64,000 bases of DNA from Vicugna vicugna (lineage: Eukaryota): contig MU057744.1 in assembly GCA_013265495.1 (NCBI GenBank), positions 2,865,370-2,929,369 on the forward strand, in the 5' to 3' direction. The notes below the pieces were generated by a model. The model was not told where the DNA came from, made no database searches, and was given only the letters and a program-made list of their open reading frames with translations. The translations under genes and the position numbers were made by a program. Positions 39,071 to 52,409 of this stretch are shown here, in pieces. The first letter of the stretch is position 1; each line of letters begins with the position of its first letter.

Positions 39071-41395
39071 AGCCTGTGCACAATTTGTGATTCTTTCCCT
39101 CCACGCAGCTGTAACTGTCTCTAATAACTGAGTAACAACAGCACAGAGCACAGACTCGAGCGACTTCAATAATAGGTAGTTGAACAACAACAACAAAAAA
39201 ACCTTTATTATTTTTTTCAAAAAGCACTGAAATTTGGGAATGAACTGAAGCACATCCCAGTCTGCCATAAATGATAAAAAGTCTTACGTGTCCCTGACAC
39301 TTTGCAAAGTGAAGAAAGCAAGTGGTCGAATAGCATGTGTAACAGAATCCCGCTTTTCAAAAAATTAGAAAAAATATATATGTTATATGAAACAGGGAAA
39401 AATCACAAGGTAACTAGTAACTTCTGGAGAGTGAGAAGTTACGAGTATTAATGTTTTCCTGTTCACCTCATTTTATTTAAAATAAGGAGAAGTAATTTCT
39501 CTCTTCTTGTTCTTTTTTTTTAATTCTGGGGAGCACTAATTTCTAAACTTGCAAGTAATACAGAAGAAGTTTTCCTGAACAACCAGACAAAAAACAATGC
39601 TATAATTCTGTATCTACCAAAAATATTGGATATTCATGAGAATAAAATGATCAATGAAAGTGAATGGCAAGTCCAGAGACAGATCCAAATGCAACTGAGT
39701 AAAGATGACTTTCTCATTTCAAGTCTGTGCAGAACGAAATAAATATTTCAGCGAATTAGGTTGATATATTGGTTATACATTTGAAAAGGATTAAGTGAAA
39801 TCCATACCTCCTCTTTTTAGCAAAATTAATTCCAGATTCATTACAGTTATGACGGTAATAAAATACATTGCATCGACAAACGGTCTATGTCCAGTGGATT
39901 GGGATGGCCTTCCAGTGGGCTGCCAAGGCCAGAAAGACTTGTGTGTAAACTGGTAGCTTTGTCTATATGATCAGTCGTTCAATCAAATCAACAATTAATC
40001 AGTTACAAATAGGAGAAATATTTGCAACACACGTAACAATGCCCTGTCAAAAATGTAGAAGCCTAACCAGTGACACAGTGACTACACTCCCAGGTGAAAC
40101 GTTGCAAAGTTTACCGGGAAAGAACTTCCCTTGCCCTGCTCGGGTGTCAGGGACAACTGGGTGCCGTTGTTGGGAGGCTGAACTTGCAACGTGATTAAGG
40201 AACAGCACAGGATATTTTGCAGAGGTCAGAAGTAACCAACTAGATACATACTCAGCAATGTGAATTCTTCTATTAAAAACATGGTGATGAATGAGCAAAA
40301 TCATGAAATAGAAGGAAATGTCTAACATATAAAATGTATGTAAACTAACTGCACAAGTGTGCACAAGGACAACACACATTCAGAAACACATGCAAACAAA
40401 AAAATGTACATGAAGTGCTTTAGAATGGCTGTCTGTGGGAGGAGAGGAGAAATAAAGCAAGGGAAATGGGATATATAAATAAACATAAAACCAAAACAAA
40501 GAACAAAGCAAAATGAGAGTTTGCAGAGACCAGGCATGATAATGTGCTGTGCCGCTGACGAGGATAAATAACTCCACTCAGTGCCCCCAAAGTTCAAAAC
40601 ACGTATCGTCAGTGTTTCAAAAATAGGCTAAGGCGTGGACGAGGGAATGAATAGCCACAAAACACAGATAGTAGTAGGTAGGTAAAAGAGAGCTCACTTC
40701 TACTCTCAATTAAATAATTACAGATTGACACAAAAGTTGCCACGTGTTTGTTTATCGACCAGTCCATTGAGAAATGTGGTATCAAGGAGGACCTACCTTT
40801 CATACCCACTGCTCGTGGACCTGGACAGTGGGAGAAACTCTCTGGACCGTTCAGACTAGTGTCAAGTGATGCTTGAACAAAGCTGTTTATTATAGCATTG
40901 GTTATAAAAGTTAGCAGCTAGGGGAGAAATAGCCACCCCTTAAGGGTTGAGTCACACAGATGCCACAGTGTGAATAGACAGACAGACAGTGGAATTCTGT
41001 ATAGCCACCTAGAGTTGACGAGGTCTGTCTTCACGTTCTGAAATCTTTCTGCAGTTGACATGCATTATTTTATGCCAAGCATGTAATGAGCAAATAGTAA
41101 AAAATTAGGATAAAATAAATCAGGGGGATTCAAAAATGAAACTCCTCTGGAAGGAAAGGTCTACTGTTTATATTCTGTGACAAATGAAAGTAGAATTTTT
41201 AGTGTATTTCATTTTGCTGCTTCTCACATAGATAACCTGAAGTGGTAATTGTTGGCTTGTAGCTTCAAAATTCCCTTCCCACAACTGAGAAATGTGTGTG
41301 CCTCCTATTAAAACTCTATGTGGACATTTACAGCACAGCTACGAGGGGAAAACTTAGGTTTTTTTCTGGAATAAAAAGGCTTTTAAGAAAATATA

Positions 41396-41492
41396 GGAGG
41401 GGATAGCTCAGTGGTAGAGCACATGCTTGGTAGAGCACATGCTTAGCATAGCACAAGATCCTGGATTCAATCCCCAGTACCTCCATTAAAAG
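41396..41492 (+). mobile_element. Vic-1-like SINE with internal 16-bp duplication
   Basis: GGAGGGGATAGCTCAGTGGTAGAGC..GATTCAATCCCCAGTACCTCCA plus A tail; AAAATATA flanks both sides. Confidence 0.92.
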
Positions 41493-41943
41493 AAAAAAAT
41501 ATATATATGTATATATCTGTGCTACATGAGGCAAAAACTTTCTTGGACAGGAAAGGGCATAAAAAGGTGTTTTTTCCCATTGAATTAATTCAGTACTACA
41601 CTTTGATAAAATGTAAAATGAAATGATTGCAAACTTGATACATTTCATGTGATTTCTTGGCTGTGGGTAAAGGTAAAATTTATGGACAGCAATTTTTTAT
41701 TAAGACTGTTTTCCCTCGGTATGCCTTCCAGTTGGTATGGAAGAGGCAAGGCTGCAGGAAGGCCGGATGATCCAGCACGCCGCCGGGTCCCCGAGGCGTC
41801 CAGGAGGTCACAAACAGGGTGATGTTGAGGACGAGGAAACAGGAGGCTCAAAGAGGCAGGCTTAGAAACGTTCGTTCATTTAGCCTCAGTCATGAACTGC
41901 TGAGCGCTTCCCCCGTGCCTACACTCCGGGAGAAGAACAAACA

Positions 41944-42615
41944 AGACTTAATTTTTAGAGCAGTTTTAGGTTCAAAGCACAGTTGACCCGAGGGTCTGGA
42001 GATGTCCCATTTCCACCCTGTCCCGCGCGTGCATGGCCACCCCGTTGTCAGCACCCCCGCCAGACGGTAAACCTGTTACCGCTGATGGACCCACGTTAAT
42101 GCATCGTAATTGCCCAACGCCCGTAGCTGACGTCACAGTTCGTCCTTGATGCTGTTCAGTCTGTGGGTTTGGAATAACGTGTCATGACGTGCATCCCTCG
42201 TCACAGGGCCATTTCACGGCCCTGAAAATCCTCTGTGCGCCGCCAGGTCCTCCCCTCACCCCCAAACCCTGGCGACCATGGGCCTTCCCCTGTCTCCATA
42301 GTCCTTTCTTCCAGAAAGTCATAGTTGTAGCTGTGCAGTCAGTATGTAGCCTTTTCAATGAACTTCTTTCACTTGGTAATACTCTTTTAAGGTTCCTCCG
42401 TATCTTTCCGTGGCTTGATAGTTCATTGCTTTTTAGTGTCGAGAGTGCTCCGTTGTCCGTGCGGTACCACAGCTTGTGTATCCGTTCCCCTACTGAAGGA
42501 CGTTGTGGTAGCTTCCAAGTTTGGGCAATTGTGCGAAGAGCTGCTATAAACGCCATGTGCAAGTCTGTGCACGAACATTAGTTTTAACTCCTTTAGTAAA
42601 TATCAAGGAAGGTGC
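41944..42615 (-). mobile_element. L1MC1/2-like 3' end
   Basis: TTTTTAGAGCAGTTTTAGGTTCA terminus; collinear with 62120-62780 (TTAAGGTTC..TGGCTTGATAG, CCTACTGA). Confidence 0.88.
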
Positions 42616-45139
42616 ATTATTTTTTTACCCAGATAATGCTTTTTTTCTTTGAACTAATCAGACGTTTCAGGTCCCCAGTATCGGACATCCCCCACTGTAA
42701 TAACTTTTTCTCCTTATGATATGGGGAAATAGTTTCCTCTGAGCTGACTGTGGAAAGATGCCTGCTCACCTGTCTTTGCCTGTGAAGCTGTCATGCACAA
42801 GGAGGAGACGTCCTTCGCACCATGTGGCCGCACAAACCTGTATTCCCCCACGCGTCCTCCCTCCTTCCCGTGCTGGACTCACTGACTTGTTAACCAGACG
42901 TTTGCACTCTTCCCGTGGGCACTCCCGTCCACAGAGATGCAGGTGATCTAAGTCACGGTACCAGAGAGTCCAGGACGCAGGTCTTGGTCAGCGGCACCCA
43001 GGAGGACGCTGAGAAACCAAGGCCTGGCGCAGAGTCTCACCCTCCATAAGGTTTAGCACTTTTTCCCCTCTGCAGCTATGAGGGACGAAGAGTTCACTCT
43101 CTTATTTGTGGTCTGACGACAGTTTAAGGTTTTACGGAGGCTGTGGTCAGGCAGAGGTAATCCATAGCCCACGCACCAGGCAGCACTCACATCTTTGTAA
43201 TTGACTGCGTACGATCAAGCGGGGTCGTTCAGAGAGCTGAGGCATCAGCGGTGGGTGTAAACTGGTTCACTAAACCTAAAGCTTAAGGGGAAAGAAGAGA
43301 CGGAATGGTTTCTTGATTCCACTTTACTTCAGGCGAACAGCAGGTGACTCAGAGCCCCTAAGAGTCCTGATTCATTCAGCCTTCATTTCTCACTGGGATC
43401 GGATGCTGGAGTCCGTGCCAAACAAGCTCGCTCTCCCCTCTGCGGTTCTGTGCGTCTCTAGAGGAGGCCTCCAGCAGGGTATGGGGGCTCTGCTTCTCTA
43501 AGTCCAAGTTCCGGCACCGATATTTTCCTTCATTCTTCTCTTTGCGTGTATGGACTGTTTGTGGACAGGGCTTCCTTTGCCCAGTGTGATGGCCCATCTT
43601 GGAAGAATTGTGTGACGGGCACCACTCTCCTTTGGTGCCTTCCCATCCTTCCCAGACTGCTCCTGCCCGGTCCTCTTGTGCTGTGTGAGCCCTGCAGCCC
43701 AGGGGGTGCTTTCATAGCAGACAATCTCTCTGGGCAGCCCTCAGCCTCCTCAACACTCCTTACCCTTCTCTCTCTAAGCACTGCTTTCTCAAGCTGCAGA
43801 TTAAAAAGTACCTGAAACTCACCCACTCAGTTGCTCATAGCAGCTCGCTGTAGTTCACTGCTACTCTGTTTGGGAGAACTTGCGATGTCAGAGGAGCCGG
43901 AGCCTTGACTTGAGGTGGCATCCCACAGCCAAGGGCAGCAGAATCGCCTGCAATGAGTGTTCCGGATGCAGCTTTCCCGCTACCAGGCTGAACGTGTGTG
44001 CTTGAAACAACGTCCGAGATCGCCGTGGGGAGTGAGACGGTTTGCCCGGGCAGACACGTAGGGAACACCATGCTCAGCTTCCAGGTCAGGGCTAAAATAA
44101 GGGGCTCTCTGGACCCCTCAAATGTTTTCCCGCATGCCCTTCAGAGGGACCTGCACCTGAGGTGTATGTTACGTGAGTGTTGTCGCTGGCCTTGTGCCAA
44201 ATGCCGAGAAGCGTAGAATCAAATAATGAGCAGTATTCATCCTCTAAGACACATGATAGTCTCGGCAGCTCGGGACCAGGTCTTAGGACACTCGTTGAAT
44301 GTATATTGCAAAACGGTGAACTCCCCTCCTTAGAGGAAGCTGCGTTCCCAGCTCGGCGATGCTCTTTTCGATACCGTTGGCTGCCCACATGGTCCAGCAT
44401 CTGGTGGTTTTGTAATATTTGTATTAGTTTATTGCAAAGTCTTTGTGGTAATTTTTTATTCCGGAAATAATGTGTGTTTCTTACAGCAAATATAGAAAAT
44501 GCAATGGAATAATTTCCTATGTTTGCTTTACTACTGTCCACGTTTTAGTGACGACCCGTTCATTCAGCCCTTTACGCATTCAGCCATCCTTTCTGTACAT
44601 GCTCCAGGAGCTTCTGTAAGCCCTGTGGAGGTGGCTGTGGACGAGCCACCTAAAGCCTGCATAGTCAAGGTAGCAGTGTGGTGCAGGAGTGCAGACAATA
44701 ATAAAACAGGGGAGTTCCGTGGAAAAGGCAAACCTGAGTAATGTGACTAGGGCGGTGCAGAGACGGACGGAAGGGACGGTTGCTTGAGATGGGTGGTATC
44801 GGGAAGACACTTCACTTTGCAGAAGGTGCTTTCCAGCTGACAGCTGGTGCTGAGAAGGAGCTTAGTGCGATGCCGTGGGGAGTGAGTGCAGACTCAGTGC
44901 AGAGGACCCAAGGTTGGAGGAAACTTGGCATATCTGAGGAGTGGACGGAAGGTCAGTTTGACTGGAGGATGCACAGAGATGTGGGGACAGAGAGCAGCAG
45001 AGGTAAGAGAAGAGATGAGGGCGCAGCCACGTGGAGCCCCATTGCCCGATAAGGGAGCACTTGAAATCAAGCTCTCTGACCTGAGATGGGCTGCAGGTGT
45101 AAGACACAGACACCACTGGATTCTGAAGACCTAGCATAG

Positions 45140-45315
45140 ACAAATAGTGTATCTCATAATTTTTATATTAATTATTTGTTGAAACTATGTTTTGGACACA
45201 TTGGACTAAACATACTTTTACTATTAAACCATTGTCGTACTTTTGCTGAAGTGGTTACTACTAAGTTTTAGACTGCGTAGGTGGCCCGCAGTACGTTTTT
45301 AAGGACAGGACCAGC
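45140..45315. mobile_element. MER33/MER3-like hAT-Charlie remnant
   Basis: TATGTTTTGGACACATTGGACTAAA..GTGGTTACTA..GTAGGTGGCCCGCAGTAC..GGACAG resembles the recalled consensus. Confidence 0.55.
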
Positions 45316-45728
45316 TGGAGCGTGTCCTAGTCTGAAGCTGTGGTTCAGATACAATGAGGAGTGTGCGGGAGAGTCTAAGGAGGTGGCACTATTTGCCCTT
45401 TAATGAGCTGACACTTGCTGTGGAGAGAAGGACAAAATGGTAGCAGGGAGCCAGGCATAAGATTGATGATGGTGGTTTAAACTAGGACAGCACAGACAAG
45501 GATGGGGAGGAAAGGATCGTTTCAGAATTTGTTTTGAAAGTGGAGCTATAGGAAAAAGAGATGATTGCCAGTTACTGAGGAACTAAGCTAGTGGGTGGCG
45601 GGGGAGCCCTTTACCGGGATGGGGAAGGTGGGGTAGCAGTGAGCCTGAGAGCAGGGACAACAGGGGTTCTGTTTCTGAGACGTTTTGAGATGCCTATTAG
45701 CCATCCTAGCAGACTTCAAAAATGAAAT

Positions 45729-46123
45729 TGGTACGGAGTCCACGCTCGTACTTCTTGCCACACAACAGGCCAGTACATCGAGAGGCGAGTTGTTGGAGCA
45801 AGGAATGGCGACTGTATTTGGAAAGCCAGCAGACAGACTGAGAAGATGGTGAAAGACTGTCCCAGAGAACCACCGTTCCCAGGTGGAATTCAGGCTTCCT
45901 TTATATTAAAAGAGGATGGGTTAATGTCTTCCTTCTTGCAGCCACTCGCAGGCGGACCTGGTCAGGATGTTTCCTGCGAGCTGCACAGAGGTGCTTCAGC
46001 TTCACACCCATCACCTGGGAGGCGGGTTCCCGGAGCTGGGCCGGGATGTCTGGTTTAAGTTTCTGGGCAACACCCCTCTAGTGATGGCCTTGTAGTGGAA
46101 CACAGAGGTTCTTCCCTCTTGCA
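45729..46123 (-). mobile_element. Solo ERV1-type LTR
   Basis: TG...CA termini; near-TSD AAAT (45725-28) / AAGT (46124-27); reverse TATA-like TTTATA at ~45900; GGAAAGCCAGCAGAC motif recalled from laurasiatherian ERV1 LTRs. Confidence 0.75.
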
Positions 46124-46472
46124 AAGTCAAGCAGGGAGGGTGGGCTGAGGAAGATGGGCCAGTAAACAGTAGGAAGATAATACATGGTGATGTCCCAGAA
46201 GTCAAATGAATAACACGCTTCAGATTATTTGAAAGTGGTTCACTATGCCCCATTCTGCTGGGCAGGTAGCAGAGTCAGCCGTACCTGTGGCGGAGTGGAG
46301 CGTGGCAGCTTCTCTCAGCAGCGGCAACGGACGTCCGACTGAGGCCGGCGGAGGTGTAGCTGGGAGGCGATAAAATCAGAAAATTACAGAGGTTACAGCT
46401 CACTCAAGATTTGTTGTGAAGATGAGCAGACGGAAGGAATGCTAGCTGGAGAGCCCTGATGTCTGTACTTCC

Positions 46473-46844
46473 TTTATTTTTTTTTACAGCTTTTATTTTA
46501 TTTTATTTTTTGCAGTATAGTCAGTTACAACGTGTCAAGTTCTGGTGTACAGCACAACGTTCCAATCATACATATACATATACATTTGTTCGCTTTCATA
46601 TTCTTTTTCTTTAAAGGTTACGACAAGATGTTGAATATAGTTCCCTGTGCTGTACAGTAGAAATTTGTTTTTTTATCTATTTATATATATATATATATAT
46701 ATTAGTATTTGCAAATCTCAAACTCCCAAATTTATCCCTTCCCACCCCTTCCCCCAGTAACCATAAGATTGTTTACTGTGTCTGTGGGTCTGTTTCTGCT
46801 TTGTAGACAAGTTCATCCATTAGTGTCCTTGTTTTTTCTTTTTT
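46473..46844 (-). mobile_element. Young L1 3' UTR fragment containing a (TA)n run
   Basis: Collinear with 70-400; (TA)~10 at 46682-46701. Confidence 0.93.
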
Positions 46845-47123
46845 GAGAAGCTAAGGTCTGTTACGGGATTATCTGTGTGTGCGCTGAAGAGTGTTATTCA
46901 GTGAAGTGGGAGAAAAACAATGCAGTAGAAAGAGAATGATTGCAGACACAGGATTCTCGAGTAAACTCGTTGTAACAGGACCCAGATCTCAGGGACCTTC
47001 TGTGGCTGGGGTGCTTCTCCCATCGTGTCTGAAGAAAAGACAATGTGGGCGAGTACAGATACCGGGAAGACTGCGTTCCCTCTCTCTCTCGCCTCCCATC
47101 TTCCACCCCCAGCCCTGCGCGCC

Positions 47124-47160
47124 TGTGTGTGTGTGTGTGTTTGTGTGTGTATGTGTGTGT
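47124..47160. repeat. Imperfect (TG)n microsatellite
   Basis: Read directly. Confidence 0.95.
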
Positions 47161-47299
47161 CCTTTACAAACCTCATGTCATTCCAAACTTACCAGGTTGT
47201 AACATTTGGAGACACAATTTTGAATGTATTGATCGATGTGCTCTAGCGTCAGGTGTCCTTACAGAGAACTCCTTCTCTGGGCCTCTGCAGAGGACCTTG

Positions 47300-47950
47300 T
47301 CACTTCACTCTGGGAAATTTCATATGATTTTTAAATGTCCTAAAAATGTGACTTGGCTAAGTCTTTTCTTAGTTCACTACTCTGAACACTTAGTGACTTG
47401 CTCCAGTTTGAAGATCTGTGTCCTCCACTTTGGGGAATGTTCTGTATTAGTTCTCTGACCATTTCCTCCTCTTCAGTGTTAATTTTCCTCACTGTGCAAT
47501 CCTGTTATTTAGATGTTCCTTGGATTCTCCCTAAAATGCTCACACCTTTATTTTTACTACCCATTTGGTTGCAGACATGACTACTTTCTAGTAGCTTCTA
47601 ATAGACTTTAACACTCCAAAATTGTTTTTGCTTTTTAAAAGAAAAAAAACCTCTCTGGTACTTTTAATTTCCTAGAACCCTTCCCTTGATCTCCATCCGT
47701 CTTCACTGCATTTTGCTCTTCCTTTCTTGGTTTGGTATCTTACCTTCCGTCTCTGAGTTACATTAATGCCAGTTTCTCTGAAGTTTGCTTTGCTTTGCCC
47801 GTTGCCTCTGCCCCTTCCGAGCTCCTTATGTATTGTTGCTTGTTAGTTTTTTCCTTTCCTGTTGAAGACTTTGCTCAGAAGTTTTGAGGTACTTAGCTGC
47901 CAGTTTATACCTGAACATTGTCTTAAGCTCTGTGTAGATTACAGAACTTA
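47300..47950 (-). mobile_element. Very old L1M/HAL1-like remnant
   Basis: Pyrimidine-rich, with weak landmarks (TGTCCTCCACTTTGGGGAATGTTCTGTATTA..ATTTCCTCCTCT). Confidence 0.4.
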
Positions 47951-49289
47951 CTGATGGCAGGATTCACTGTAAGATGATGCGGTGGCCTTTGGAAAACCCT
48001 AAATGGCAAGACCTAGGTTTTCTTTCTAGAAGGGCTCGGTTTACCTAGAGAAGAACCCCTTGAACTGCTGATCTTGTTTAAAATCTGACTCCGGCGTTCT
48101 GCAGCCCAGCAGGTGACTGTTGTTCCTCACTTAGTTGGCGCGCGTCCGTCTCACACTCCTTCCTCTTTTCATTCTGCACCTCGCCCTGTATGTTTCAGTC
48201 CCTGGTTTTCCGTAAGCTAAGCCTCTCTGGATCAGCCTCCCACTCCTGCAATGCCTGGAAGCTGTGGTCCTCCAACAGTGTGAGGCATGGGTGTGGGGCC
48301 TTGGGCTCTAACTGCTTCTATTGCAGGCTTCCAGGCTGCACGACTTCCGCCCCATCTCCAGACACACAATCCTTTCCCCATCGTGCTGCCTGAATTTATG
48401 AGTCTTTCCAGAATCCTAAAGAGCAAAGCAACTTTCTTCTCATTGATAACCCACCTTGTAGATATATATCTTTTTTATCTTTCTCTACTTTATTAAATAA
48501 TTTAATTCCTACTTTTTTCTTTCCATCTTCATACCCTGTAATTCAGAATTATAGATGTCTCCTAATTTAATGAGAAATTAAATTAGTGTTTCTACTTCCT
48601 GGCAGAAGCAGCAACATTGCTGAGTTGCAAACATTTCTAAGTTAACTGTTTACATTTAATTTTGGCAAAGGAGTTCCCTTTAACAATCAAGATTCTTGAA
48701 TACATTGCCATTCAGAAACTCTAATTAATAGCACTACTTACAGTGTTCTGTCTCCCCATGTCCATGCTAATTGGCAGCTTTTATTCTAAATATTAATCAG
48801 GAAGTGGTATGGATAGAGGAGCACCCTGTTCAGATTCTCATCCCGAAGACCCGCAGGTGTGATGGTCTTGTGAAAAAAACAGCAGAAACGAACCTCAGAA
48901 CCAGAGTGAGAGGCAGCTGATTCCGCTTTCCTAGTGGAACAGAGAGGACTTCATAAGGAAACTGATATTTCCCCTGTATCTTAAATAATTGCCTTTTTTG
49001 AAGCGCTTTAAAGAGGGGGTTACAAATCATAAGAGAGTGGAGGCAAAAAGCAGACGGCATGCTCAGAGAATGATGAGATATTTGAGAGGAAAAAAAGAGA
49101 CAACGTATGAGGAAGGATTTTGAGGAAAGTAAAAAGCTCACTAAACTCAGAGGAGCAGTACTTTTTTGGTGTCAGTTCCATCTTCTTCCAGGAGTTCTGT
49201 GTCTTCTCCGTGAACAACGCACGTGTGCTTAGCGGTCTGGTTGACGAGGAGCCCACAGATCTGCTTCCGGAGAGCCCTGGAGGCCATGC

Positions 49290-49670
49290 AGCTCCAATTT
49301 CGCGAGAACGGTTGCGGGATAAAGCAGCCTTCTGGTTGTTCACGGCCGAGAGCTGGGCTGCGCGTCGGCGGCTGCGGTGCCGCGAGTCCCGCCGAGTTCA
49401 GCTCGCTGCTGCTGGACAGCTCCGGGCTCGCCGCGCCGCCGCGCGCGCCCCCCACGGCCGCCCGGGGGCCGCCTGCGGAGGCGGCAGGGCGACCCCTCGG
49501 GGCGCCGCCCCCGGGGAGGGCCAGCAGCCCGACGAGCGCCCGGCCGTCCCGGCCTCCGTGGCGCCAGTGCTGCGCGGCTCCACCCAGCTCCCGCCGGGTC
49601 CGGGTCCGGGCGGGGAGAGCGCACCTGCCCGCAGCGGCAGCCGGACGTCAGCGCAGAGCGGCTCTTGGTG
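49290..49670. promoter_or_regulatory. CpG island, candidate promoter
   Basis: Very dense CpG; TTTCGCGAGA (one mismatch to the BANP-type TCTCGCGAGA) at 49298-49307; GGGCGGGG GC box at ~49608; CRE-like GGACGTCA at 49643-49650; no TE homology recognised. Confidence 0.65.
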
Positions 49671-49984
49671 CTTCTTTTCCTCTCCTTTGTACACTCCTTT
49701 GCGTCTGCCCCTTGAGGCTTCCTCCGGGATAATTTGCCTCCAACTAGTTTCTGTACTCGGCTCGTGCCTTCGGGGAAATCAAAATGCAACAAACGCAACA
49801 GATTCTCTGCCTCTGCTGCTCACCTGCTTCTGTTAACTCCGCGTAATTTGCAAGCATCCAGCCCTTTCTGTCTCTTTATCTTAGAGTGAAGAATAATTTA
49901 AAACCATAGGCTGTCATTCAACTTGTTGGCATTGACTTCATTGATATATTTAGAAGAAAGATTCATCTGTGGCACATAAAGGAA

Positions 49985-50160
49985 GAACACTGATCTCAGA
50001 ACCAGAAAACTCATATTTCAGTCCAAGATTTTGCGTCCCGCAGTGGGGAGACGCTCCAGAAGTCATTCTAGCTCTCCAAAGCCTCACTTTCCTGGTGCCT
50101 TGAAATGAAGGTGGTGCAGAAGGTCATTCCAAGGCGCTGGTGTTACGACTCCATGAAATT
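49985..50160 (+). mobile_element. MIR remnant
   Basis: AAGTCATTCTAGCTCTCCAAAGCCTCACTTTCC..AAATGAAGG core. Confidence 0.55.
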
Positions 50161-52409
50161 ACAGAGACAGGCCTGCGTTAGACAAAGCTGTCAGCTGAGC
50201 ACGTTGCCAGGTGGTCAGGTGGTCACGGCTTGGAGCCTCACCGACCCCTGTGGCTGGCCTTCCCCGTGCCCGGAGAAGCTCACCAGCCTCCAGTCCAAAC
50301 CGGTGCCTTGCTTGGATTGTTCCTAATGTTTCAATTACCCATGGCTTTAAATAGACATGATATTTAATTTAAGTAAATAGTGGTTCTACCTGCTTCTAGA
50401 GAATGTAATATAACAAATAAACCATGTAAGCCGGAAATCCGCTGCGGAGGACACACCGCAAATCCCACGCTAACCCCAGGTTGTTCCCCCGTTTCTTGAT
50501 TAGCCGTCTTAAGGAACAGACACGTGTGTAAGTGGCCTTCTCCATGCAAGTCTCCTGGCTTTGTACTGTCGCTCAGTCTGGACCCCAAGGGCGAAGTTTC
50601 TGGACAGAAGGGAGGAGGATCCTGGGGGTGGAGCTTGGATACAGGACAGGCTTTGCTGCTCTAGCAAATAGTCCTAGGGACGCGTTTGCCAGTTCAGCCA
50701 TCCTGAGGCCTGGCTCTGCCGGGAGGTATTACAAGGAGAAAGTAAAATAGCCCCTTTGTTCTGACTCTAGAAATGCTGGAAGGAAATTCCTGTTCATAGC
50801 AGATGATTAAACAAGCTTTATTAGGGGCCATTGCATGGAATCCGTCCAAACTGCTGCTTTGTTGCAATAAAATAGGGTCATTTTCCTATTTTTTCATTAA
50901 TTTACATTTAAATTTAAGGTAGAATTAATTCGATTGATCAATAATTTGATAACTCCAAACTGGCTGCCAGAGTCTTAGAAAGACACTTTTATAACCTGGT
51001 TCCTTAGAGCAGTATACTTCTCCACCAATTTCCCCCAAAGACAGAGGAAAAGGGAGTTAATATCTTGGGGCAAGATGTGGCCGTGGACCTCAGAGTGTCT
51101 AGCAACAAGCATGAAATGCCGCCAAAGCCGGCTCCTTCATCTTAAACCTCACAGGGATTTCCTCCTCAGTAATAAACTCAGCTTAAATCAGTTTCAATAT
51201 GATGTATACAATTATTTACTGGTTACTTTACCCCATCAAAGTGTTTAAGGAAGAATAACCATTTGGATGCTGTGTTTCAGTCTCATACCATTTGCAAGGA
51301 TAAAATAGAAAGATTTCTCCTCCTTCTCCTGACACCCCTAGACTGTCCCTGTATGACGTACTCACACTGGGAGGTAGGTGCCCCGTGCATCATGAAGCAC
51401 ATCCTCCGTGCATCTGAAATCCTATCTCATGTCTAAGTATGAAAGTCAAACGGCAACTCCATCATCCTTGCAGGAGAAACATAGGGATCAAAGGTAAAAA
51501 TTGTCTCTCAAGTGAAGTGGGAAGAGGGGGATATTATGGTCTTTATATTTTGAGGCTTCGCAATGCGTGTGTTTAGCTCCCCACCGCCTCCCTGCCGGAC
51601 GCGTCCAGGAACGCCTCCTGGCAGCTGGCATCTGACCGGCCACAGTATCGGGCATGGATTCTAAGTGAGCCCACAGGGTTCAACAAAAGCATCCATCGCT
51701 CTCCCTAGGTCCCTTTTTCCATCTCACAAATGCGCTTTTCCCTTTCTTCACCCTTGTCCTTTCCAAGCCCATCATTGCTCACATCAGAGCACATTTTTGT
51801 AATTGTTCCCACCCCACATTTCCCATGTGGTAGGGGCTGTTGTCACGTGAGAGGAAGGCAGAAATAGTCTTCCTCCTTCCCCTTCAGTCATGGTTTTTGG
51901 ATTTTGTGGTGATGAAGTCATTACATCTCCTTGCCTAACAGTTATTACCCTGCTATACATGAATCTGGTAAGTTTGATGGTAAAAATCTGCCAAGTGCTT
52001 TGGCTGTCACAGAACAGCAACCTTTCTATAATGTCTGCTGTGATTTCTATTAGATGGAGACAATTTAGGGTATGTTTTATTGGCCCATTAATAAATGACT
52101 GAAGTGGTAAAGCTCTCTGGCTAGGAGCCTCGTTTCTTGCAAGCGAGATGTGGGTTAATGGAGCAATTAAACATACTTTCATATCCCAAGGCTGTAATAA
52201 TATTGGGAAAAGTAAGTGAACTATTAGAAAGGAAAGACAACTGTAAATACCTGTGTAAAAGTGAAAAGGAAATAGATGGCGGAGTTTCAAACCGTGGGCA
52301 ATTTATAGGCCACCGGAACTGACGGCTTTACACCTTGTCTTGCCCAAGGAGGCAGCTTGCTTTAGGTCATCTTTGCATCCCAGCGTATTGCAGTAACTGA
52401 GCCGACATT

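Larger units (their letters stand above)
44556..46150 (-). mobile_element. Fragmented L2 hosting a MER33-like element and an LTR
   Basis: Reverse L2 terminus at 44556; TTTGAGATGCCTATTAG at ~45684; L2-like sequence resumes after the LTR. Confidence 0.6.

Noticed and set aside
49120..49836. 238-aa plus-strand ORF across the island
   Set aside because: TTG start, island-driven openness in several frames, and no recognisable protein. Only the short minus-strand hypothesis was kept.
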